A stretch of DNA of 5,923 nt, from positions 1 through 5,923 of the IMG/VR virus record IMGVR_UViG_3300020030_000108; one strand, given 5' to 3'. The number at the start of each line of letters is the position of its first letter. The stretch's first letter is position 1. Below the pieces are notes generated by a model. It was not told the origin of the DNA and did no database searches. It was given only the letters and a program-made list of their open reading frames with translations. Below are positions 1 through 4,983 of this stretch, piece by piece. The translations under genes and the position numbers were made by a program. This DNA is from a virus.

Positions 1-121
1 CGAACCACGCCTCGGCATGCTGCTGGCGACAACATGACAGTTCTTGGCGGAGCCGAACGTACCAGTCATTGCGAAGAGCCTTGAGACATTCCTCACATTG
101 GCCGCATGGAACGAGCAGGCG
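1..121. repeat. Terminal redundancy, copy 1 (identical to 5803..5923)
   Basis: A base-by-base comparison of 1..121 with 5803..5923 shows identity over all 121 nt. The repeat lies inside the Rep reading frame. Confidence 0.97.
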
Positions 122-232
122 AAATCGAGCGACATCCCACGGGTTTTGAGCCAAGTTACTCATTGGCAGTGAGATATCGTGATCCTTCCTAGTATATCGA
201 CGGTTGGCAATCCAAATCGGAGACGTACACAT
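1..232 (-). CDS. VP4: Replication initiation protein (rolling-circle Rep, VP4/gpA-like), N-terminal part. The start codon is at 232..230 and the CDS continues across the circular junction into 5802..4976.
   Basis: The minus-strand frame reads MCTSPIWIANRRYTRKDHDISLPMSNLAQNPWDVARFRLLVPCGQCEEC... An in-frame stop lies upstream at 263..265. The frame runs without a stop through position 1 and is the same frame as the 4976..5923 segment. The ATG overlaps the TGA of the upstream 73-aa ORF (TGATG). Confidence 0.85.
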   Translation of the reverse strand, partial: MCTSPIWIANRRYTRKDHDISLPMSNLAQNPWDVARFRLLVPCGQCEECLKALRNDWYVRLRQELSCCRQQHAEAWF

Positions 233-453
233 CAGAGAAAAGATTTTGAGATGAAAAATTTCACATGCCGGTAATACAGGGCATATTTTTCGCGATACAA
301 CTGGGCGTGACCAAGCTGCTTGAAACGACCGAACCGAACAGTTTTTCCTCGACCGACAACCGCCATCACGTCAAAAGAAGGTCCTTCATGTCCGTCATCG
401 TGAATGATGAGCTGAACGGGCTTGTTGTTGATTATCAAATTAATGCAGTTCAT
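232..453 (-). CDS. Hypothetical 73-aa protein with a strongly basic, aromatic-rich C-terminal half. It is translationally coupled to Rep.
   Basis: The ORF is bounded upstream by a stop at 460..462. Its TGA (234..232) shares one base with the Rep ATG (232..230). Third codon positions are T/C-rich, like the recognised genes. The C-terminal half is GRGKTVRFGRFKQLGHAQLYREKYALYYRHVKFFISKSFL. I recognise no family. Confidence 0.6.
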   Translation of the reverse strand: MNCINLIINNKPVQLIIHDDGHEGPSFDVMAVVGRGKTVRFGRFKQLGHAQLYREKYALYYRHVKFFISKSFL

Positions 454-464
454 GAGGTTTCATT

Positions 465-513
465 AAAAAAAGGAGGAAAGGTCTGGCAATTTAGCGATGC
501 CTCTCTCTCCTCC
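465..513 (-). terminator. Putative intrinsic terminator or ssDNA hairpin on the coding strand, between the 112-aa and 73-aa genes
   Basis: The coding strand reads GGAGGAGAG-aga-GGCA-tcgctaaat-TGCC-agac-CTTTCCTCC-TTTTTTT. This gives a 9-bp outer stem (one G.T), an internal loop, a 4-bp inner stem, then a T7 run (465..471). On the opposite strand the G.T becomes an A.C mismatch, so the fold is better on the coding strand. Confidence 0.35.
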
Positions 514-574
514 AAGTCGTCAACCATTTTAAAGAACCTTGCCCAAAAGGGGCCGAACAACGCGACGACTTCCG

Positions 575-913
575 TTATTCTTCGTCTTTTTTCTGCGCTG
601 CTTCATAAGTTACCGGATAATCTTTTGTGGTGAAAACTAGCATGTTGGGATAAAAAACGACATTATCGAAATGCGCCATGATGTCGAAAAGAAGCGTGTA
701 AAGATCGGCGGCAGCTACATAGAGCTGGCCGGGAGCAAGCGGATTTTCTTTGACCTCTTCCCAATCACAAGGACAGGACTCCGGACGACGATCGGTTGGA
801 ACAAACTGGCCATCCTGTATCTCGCCTACAGTAACCGAATAAGCAGCCGTCTCTGGAATAATTCTCAAAACAATCTGAAAGTCCACGAAAGGATCAACTT
901 TTGAAGTTTTCAT
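575..913 (-). CDS. Hypothetical 112-aa strongly acidic protein
   Basis: This ORF occupies its own slot with no overlap with neighbours. Its amino-acid composition is diverse and its codon third positions are T/C-rich like the recognised genes. I counted about 19 D/E versus 9 K/R. It contains CPCDWEE and ends in KKDEE. I recognise no family. Confidence 0.65.
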   Translation of the reverse strand: MKTSKVDPFVDFQIVLRIIPETAAYSVTVGEIQDGQFVPTDRRPESCPCDWEEVKENPLAPGQLYVAAADLYTLLFDIMAHFDNVVFYPNMLVFTTKDYPVTYEAAQKKDEE

Positions 914-1004
914 AATAAATGGTTTTTACGTTGAACATTTTGGTACAACGAAGATAGAAAAGAATTTCGAACATTCCAAATATTTTGCAAGTTTTTTGAC
1001 TTTT

Positions 1005-2264
1005 TTATTTACGGGGGATGTAACTTCTTCGAACTGAAGTACCTCCGATGAATTCTCCGTATCTGTCCGAATGAGAGGTCGTCTGAACGAAATCGGAGGG
1101 CGCGGCAGAGCCACGCCCGCGTGTCGCAACAGCGGCTGCGGCCGCTGCAATTACGGTTTTGGCCATGGAGTAACCGAACTGATTCTTCTGAGAACGAATG
1201 TTGAACCAATTCGCGGGAAGCTCCTGAGCGGCCGACGCGGCACCGAGACCGAGGAGGTATTCCTGAATTTGTTTACCAGTCATCTTCCGAGTATTTCCAG
1301 TAGGGCGACCTTTTTCATCTACCTCCGGAACATCCACGGGAGTTGTCCAATTCACCGAGAACCAGTTCTCGAGATCCGCAAGAGTGATCTCTGCTTGCTC
1401 ACCGAGCACCTGATCAAGCGAACCACGGGAATTGGCGGCGTAGGCTTGCGCCAGCGTCAGAGCAAGGTTGGCGGCTGCCATTTGCTCCATAACGGGTATT
1501 TCAGCGTCGTTAAGAGATTTAAGACGCCGATATTCCTCAACAGACCGAGCGTAGTCAGAAATGACCTGTTGGAACTGATAAGTGGCGGTCAAATCAGCAT
1601 ACTGGGCCGAAGCCTGCTCAATTCTTGCCAACGCATCATGGTAAGCAGCCATCGACTTGGCATCGTTCACGTTATGAGCGAGAAGCTGCTGATTGAGGTC
1701 AGCAATAGCCTTATAATACGAGGAACCCTGTGTCTCACGCTCAATCCTTGTGGCTTCCGCGGCAGAAAGACGAGCATCTTGCTGCGCCTTCTGTTTTGTT
1801 GCGTCCATAAGAGCATTCTGAGCAATCGCGGTGGGATCACCAGAGAAAGCGGGAGCTGAGCCAATGGAACCACTAGACGAGGGTCCACTAGCAGAAGGTG
1901 CCGACCCGGAACCTGTACCGATCGTAGCACCAACAGACGCTCCGGATTGACCAAGAACCGCAGCAGGACTAATACCAGCCTTGACAAAGCGTTCGAACAC
2001 TTTAGATGGGTCGTTGTAGGCATTCTCATAATCGAACATCGATTTGTCGTGTTTCAACTGATACTCAGCGCTTTTAGCCATCTGCTCAAGAGCATACTGC
2101 TGTTGCAAAGCCATCTGCTTCTGGGCGTACTTCCACTGGCGTTTAGCGGAAATACCGCCGAAAATGGCATTACCGAGACCTGAACCGGAAGCACTACCGA
2201 AGGAGGAAGTAGCTCCAGAAGCGGCCGAAGCGCCTAATCCTGCGATAAATGAAGGACCAGTCAT
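1005..2264 (-). CDS. VP2: DNA pilot / minor capsid protein (VP2, gpH-like), 419 aa
   Basis: The N-terminus is Gly/Ser/Ala-rich (MTGPSFIAGLGASAASGATSSFGSASGSGLG). This is followed by QKQMALQQQYALEQM and the KAGISPAAVLG motif, which resembles the conserved KAGLNP-type motif of microvirus VP2 proteins. The centre is long, Ala/Gln-rich and helical or coiled-coil-like. The gene sits in the structural module. Confidence 0.78.
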   Translation of the reverse strand: MTGPSFIAGLGASAASGATSSFGSASGSGLGNAIFGGISAKRQWKYAQKQMALQQQYALEQMAKSAEYQLKHDKSMFDYENAYNDPSKVFERFVKAGISPAAVLGQSGASVGATIGTGSGSAPSASGPSSSGSIGSAPAFSGDPTAIAQNALMDATKQKAQQDARLSAAEATRIERETQGSSYYKAIADLNQQLLAHNVNDAKSMAAYHDALARIEQASAQYADLTATYQFQQVISDYARSVEEYRRLKSLNDAEIPVMEQMAAANLALTLAQAYAANSRGSLDQVLGEQAEITLADLENWFSVNWTTPVDVPEVDEKGRPTGNTRKMTGKQIQEYLLGLGAASAAQELPANWFNIRSQKNQFGYSMAKTVIAAAAAAVATRGRGSAAPSDFVQTTSHSDRYGEFIGGTSVRRSYIPRK

Positions 2265-2266
2265 GA

Positions 2267-2518
2267 CTACTTTCTTTTTAAGTTTCCGGTTTGCTGATAA
2301 ATAATCGTCGTGGTTAGTGTATCGCCTGACTTAAAGGTCGAAGCAGACTGGGAAACTCGATGAGATGTAGAACAACTAGCAAATATGGTAACGACCGCAA
2401 TTGCGATGATCAAGACGATCCAGACAACGGCTCTTCCTTTATTCATCTTTTGATCTGCACCAATTTGATCAGTGACCTTGTCGAAAGAATTTTTAGTTGA
2501 TTTTTCCTGTGTTAACAT
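2267..2518 (-). CDS. Small membrane protein or lipoprotein precursor (83 aa from the first ATG, 59 aa from the internal ATG at 2446)
   Basis: From Met25 the sequence reads MNKGR-AVVWIVLIIAIAVVTIF-ASC. That is a basic n-region, a 17-18 residue hydrophobic core and a lipobox-like F-A-S-C with Cys49 (2372..2374), then a Ser/Thr-rich 35-aa tail. The stop (2267..2269) lies 2 nt before the pilot gene ATG (2264). Confidence 0.62.
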   Translation of the reverse strand: MLTQEKSTKNSFDKVTDQIGADQKMNKGRAVVWIVLIIAIAVVTIFASCSTSHRVSQSASTFKSGDTLTTTIIYQQTGNLKRK

Positions 2519-2847
2519 GACTTTAGTTTTTTGTGGTGAAAGAACGATAGAAAGATTGCGCGCCGTTCAAGCATTCTCTGCCTTTTTCCTCATCCGATTC
2601 ACGAACTCTCAGAAGAGGGGCCGCGCACATAACATAGAATGTCTAGTAAAGGCCCTTCGGGCTCTTTCTTCAGAGAATGTCGTCGCTATTCAAAATGCTG
2701 AATATCAACAAGAAACGGATCAATCTCCTCATAGCTGTTTTAAAGATTATAAGGGAAGGAAAGGGGACAAGCCCCAATCCTTCTTTTTGTAGAGGTTTTT
2801 GTACGGCCTATCAGCCTAACGGCCGGCCTATACCAGCCTTCACTGTG
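2519..2847 (-). promoter_or_regulatory. Major non-coding region (329 nt) between the 107-aa gene and the 83-aa gene. It is the likely site of promoter and/or origin functions.
   Basis: This is the only long stretch without a coding-strand ORF above 20 codons. It contains several hairpins, a direct-repeat pair and a perfect TATAAT on the coding strand (2751..2746). In a genome this compact, such a gap is expected to be functional. Confidence 0.5.
2755..2788 (+). other. Hairpin GAAGGA-aa-GGGG-acaag-CCCC-aa-TCCTTC, followed by TTTTT on the window plus strand
   Basis: Read directly from the sequence. A 6-bp outer stem and a 4-bp GC inner stem are separated by a 2x2 internal loop, with a 5-nt apical loop. 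The T5 run (2784..2788) follows only on the plus (antisense) strand. On the coding strand an A5 run precedes the hairpin. Confidence 0.4.
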
Positions 2848-2858
2848 CTACGGCTGGT
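2804..2858 (-). repeat. Stem-loop plus two direct repeats (iteron-like cluster) at the 3' end of the 107-aa gene
   Basis: The coding strand reads ACCAGCC-gtagcacagtgaa-GGCTGGT, a 7-bp stem (2852..2858 with 2832..2838) and a 13-nt loop that contains the TAG stop. This runs directly into GGCTGGTATAGGCCG (2838..2824), and GGCTGATAGGCCG (2816..2804) follows. The two repeats are identical apart from a 2-nt indel, with starts 20 nt apart, and flank the palindrome GGCCGGCC. Confidence 0.4.
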
Positions 2859-3171
2859 TGATGGAGCCTTCGGCAGAGGTGCCAGTCTTCTCCGAAGACG
2901 GCTTGTCAGCTGAGCGAGAATCGAGGGCCGAGTCGACTATCTCTTGGCCGACTTCGAGTCCGTCGAACTTGTCCATACGTGAATAGGCGTTTGGATCGAA
3001 ATCAATCTCGGGATCAAAACGGTCAAGGGCCGACTGTGATCCGCCTTCGAATTTGGCATCTGGAGCACCGGGGATGAGGTCGACGATCCCTTCACCCGAG
3101 AGGACTGACATAATACGCTGACCGCGAGACATATAAGTCTGAAGCGGTTCGGAAAAATTACTGTGTAACAT
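2848..3171 (-). CDS. Hypothetical 107-aa acidic protein, possibly an internal scaffolding-type protein (function not established)
   Basis: The ATG (3171..3169) lies 3 nt after the capsid gene stop (3177..3175). Codon third positions are T/C-rich like the neighbours. I counted about 19 D/E versus 9 K/R, including DRFDPEIDFDPNAY. The scaffold suggestion rests only on the position next to the capsid gene and the acidic character. Confidence 0.7.
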   Translation of the reverse strand: MLHSNFSEPLQTYMSRGQRIMSVLSGEGIVDLIPGAPDAKFEGGSQSALDRFDPEIDFDPNAYSRMDKFDGLEVGQEIVDSALDSRSADKPSSEKTGTSAEGSINQP

Positions 3172-3174
3172 AAC

Positions 3175-4983
3175 TTATCGATTTGCGAGACGGGTTGCGA
3201 ATGACTTATTAACAAGATTTTTCTTTTGCACCGAGTATGAAAGATTTATGAAGAAGTTATCCTGTGCGTCCGAAGCGAACGGAGCGTTCACCGTCGAAAT
3301 GTCCGTAAACAGCGTAGGAATAACGGAAAACGCGTGGGTTATTGTATTTTTCGGAAGAACAATAATGCCGCGAGTCTGAACCCATCGCTGCAAATCGCCA
3401 CTTGAGGTGCTCAGCGAACCAAACTGACCGAGAGCCTCATCGTACGAAGCACGAAACTCGTTAAAACAAGGTTCACGGTAAATCGTTAGATCCGAAGTCG
3501 ACGGAACCGACGATGCAGTCAAATTACTAAAACGTGAAAGCGGAACATCCTGATAACCAATGTCATTATACAGCGGGTTGAAGTAATCGGCACCCTGATA
3601 GCGTAGGTGATCCGGCCTAATATTCTGCCAATAATAGACCGGTCGAATACTCAACATATCTATCATATAACCGGGCTCCCGGAAGTAATAGGACTGGCTA
3701 CGACCAAGGGTTGAGTTAAAAGCTATAGCACCGCCCTGAGTTCCAAGCGCGTCGGTGGAAATTCCCTTACCAGCAGTTGCCATAATAATTTGAGCATTAA
3801 CGGTTTGCGAAGCCGAGAATAGAAGTTTCGGACGATCGACGTGCTCAATACGCGACGCAAAGAACGTCTCCAGCCAATCGCTGTAACGCGATCCACCAGC
3901 GCCGAGAAGATCCTTGTACTCCTGCAGTCGACTAGCAATCGCCAACTGCGGGACAGTAAACGCAGAAGAAATATTCACGGCATCGCCTGAAGTGCTAGCC
4001 GGAAGCATCCGGGAGAACCGGTCAGGACTCGACGGAACTACAGCCATCGGGTGGAATTGGTTGAAAATATCAAGCATCGACATGGGACCATTAACGGAAC
4101 CTTGCAGTCCAGCAGGGATCTGTCCGTTAGGATGACTTGTATCCGCCGACCCATTGAAAATCGGAGTACTAGGGATCGATGTCTGAACAGCCGTCTTATC
4201 GGGACCTTCCGTGAAAGCCGTGTCCGAGTTGATAATTTGGTAAAGAATGCCCATCCTGTTGTATGTCTTCGTTTGAGAAGCAATGGCGCCGGGGTAGAAC
4301 TGGCTTTCAAAAAAATAGTCGAGGAACGAAAGATCGCCATAACGCTGGAAAAAATAAGAGGACGATCCTTTGTATATTACACTATAAGTGTTAGCCGTAG
4401 GTCCTTGACGAATACCCCACGATCCGGGCCATGCGAACGAGTAAAGCGGATATTGGCTGTAACCATAAAAGTTGCGAACAATATCCCAGTACGCCAAATA
4501 GGTATCGGCGGTCACCCATGTAGTGCCAAGGAGATCCTTCGAAGTCAGTGAATCACCTGTACCACTCGTGCCTACGAGAGGATTGACCTGAACAGCACGC
4601 AGCCACGGCATCAATGAATTGGGATACGCGTTGCCTTGATTCAAAGCACTACTGCCGGAATGATTTATGTATGTACGTAAAAAGTTGAGTGACAGGTTAT
4701 TCATGTCGAAATCGGAGCTATTCGTACGCATCTCCGGATGGTAAAGCTGAAAGGGCACCCAAAATCTGTGCAACCTGATGGTATACGGGTTGAAGGTCGG
4801 GACCGACAGCGGATTACTGCGAACATCGATACCCTGCGCAATCTTTACGCGGTCGCGGGCATTGATAAAATCGATACGGACCGGGTAAAGAATTCCGGGC
4901 GTACATGTAAATGCCTTGGATTCAGGCAAATCATACCGCGAATACCCATTCACGGTATGGGAAATGAAAGGTTGTTTACCCAT
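3175..4983 (-). CDS. VP1: Major capsid protein (VP1 / gpF-like), 602 aa
   Basis: The N-terminal pattern is typical of microvirus capsid proteins: SRYDLPESKAFTCTPGILYPV...DVRSNPLSVPTFNPYTIRLHRFWVPFQLY. This corresponds to the R..FDLS...T..G.L.P ... P...P ... FFVP.RL layout. It is the largest ORF of the genome. Its ATG is embedded in the last codons of Rep, an 8-nt overlap at 4976..4983. The central Ser/Thr/Gly/Pro-rich stretch (about residues 190..300) fits a surface-loop insertion. Confidence 0.93.
   Translation of the reverse strand: MGKQPFISHTVNGYSRYDLPESKAFTCTPGILYPVRIDFINARDRVKIAQGIDVRSNPLSVPTFNPYTIRLHRFWVPFQLYHPEMRTNSSDFDMNNLSLNFLRTYINHSGSSALNQGNAYPNSLMPWLRAVQVNPLVGTSGTGDSLTSKDLLGTTWVTADTYLAYWDIVRNFYGYSQYPLYSFAWPGSWGIRQGPTANTYSVIYKGSSSYFFQRYGDLSFLDYFFESQFYPGAIASQTKTYNRMGILYQIINSDTAFTEGPDKTAVQTSIPSTPIFNGSADTSHPNGQIPAGLQGSVNGPMSMLDIFNQFHPMAVVPSSPDRFSRMLPASTSGDAVNISSAFTVPQLAIASRLQEYKDLLGAGGSRYSDWLETFFASRIEHVDRPKLLFSASQTVNAQIIMATAGKGISTDALGTQGGAIAFNSTLGRSQSYYFREPGYMIDMLSIRPVYYWQNIRPDHLRYQGADYFNPLYNDIGYQDVPLSRFSNLTASSVPSTSDLTIYREPCFNEFRASYDEALGQFGSLSTSSGDLQRWVQTRGIIVLPKNTITHAFSVIPTLFTDISTVNAPFASDAQDNFFINLSYSVQKKNLVNKSFATRLANR

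Noticed and set aside
1-121. The terminal direct repeat as a biological terminal repeat (LTR, DTR packaging end or insertion-site duplication)
   Set aside because: It lies inside the Rep reading frame, and joining the two copies produces one uninterrupted, motif-complete Rep. Microvirus genomes are circular. The repeat is best explained as the overlap of a circular contig.
471-498. AGGAGG on the plus strand (471..476) as a ribosome-binding site
   Set aside because: The nearest downstream ATG (496..498) is about 20 nt away and opens only an 11-codon frame. The purine run is one arm of the coding-strand hairpin at 472..513.
265-904. Plus-strand ORFs 265..633 (122 aa) and 671..904 (77 aa) as alternatives to the minus-strand 73-aa and 112-aa genes
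   Set aside because: The minus-strand ORFs fit the one-strand organisation and share the T/C-rich third positions of the recognised genes. One of them is stop/start coupled to Rep. The plus-strand ORF 265..633 also runs straight through the intergenic hairpin. This is not fully excluded without comparative data.
914-1004. A promoter in the AT-rich spacer upstream of the 112-aa gene (AATATTTG resembling the Bacteroidetes -7 element TAnnTTTG, or TTGCAA as a -35)
   Set aside because: There are only near-matches, with no correctly spaced partner element in either promoter grammar. Local hairpins (4-5 bp, AT-rich) are too weak to call. The region is plausibly regulatory, but I cannot support a specific site.
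926-1209. ORFs 926..1150 (-) and 1009..1209 (-) at the 3' end of the pilot gene
   Set aside because: They are out-of-frame overlaps of the pilot gene C-terminus, Arg/Pro/Ser-rich and without start context. ORF 926..1150 extends into the AT-rich spacer only by chance.
1071-1859. A 262-aa plus-strand ORF antisense to the pilot gene
   Set aside because: It is a shadow ORF of an Ala/Gly/Gln-rich gene. The translation is Arg/Gly/Leu/Ser-rich with no motif, and it lies entirely inside a gene that has recognisable VP2 features.
1667-2029. A 120-aa +1-frame ORF inside the pilot gene as an overprinted gene
   Set aside because: The translation is low-complexity, dominated by L, R, P and V. That is what is expected from reading an Ala/Gln/Ser-rich region out of frame. 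Nothing beyond ORF length supports it.
2621-2652. A dif-like XerC/XerD site (possible attP for XerCD-mediated lysogeny, as described for some microvirus prophages)
   Set aside because: GCGCACATAA (2623..2632) matches 8 of 10 positions of the E. coli dif XerC arm GTGCGCATAA. The reverse strand CTATGTTATGT matches 8 of 11 positions of the XerD arm TTATGTTAAAT. However, the two matches overlap each other rather than forming an 11-6-11 arrangement, and the partner arm is poor (4 of 11) in either orientation. A match to an unknown host-specific dif cannot be excluded. Comparing against the dif sites of candidate hosts would settle it.
2937-3215. A 92-aa minus-strand ORF overlapping the capsid 3' end and the 107-aa gene
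   Set aside because: It is in a different frame from both genes and starts inside the capsid gene. The 107-aa frame has the tight 3-nt junction with the capsid stop and a more protein-like composition.
3723-4551. Alternative-frame and antisense ORFs inside the capsid gene (3723..3938 -, 4038..4340 -, 3914..4135 +, 4051..4551 +)
   Set aside because: All are nested in a confidently recognised capsid gene. The translations are Arg/Ser/Leu-rich with no motif and no independent start context. They are typical shadow ORFs.
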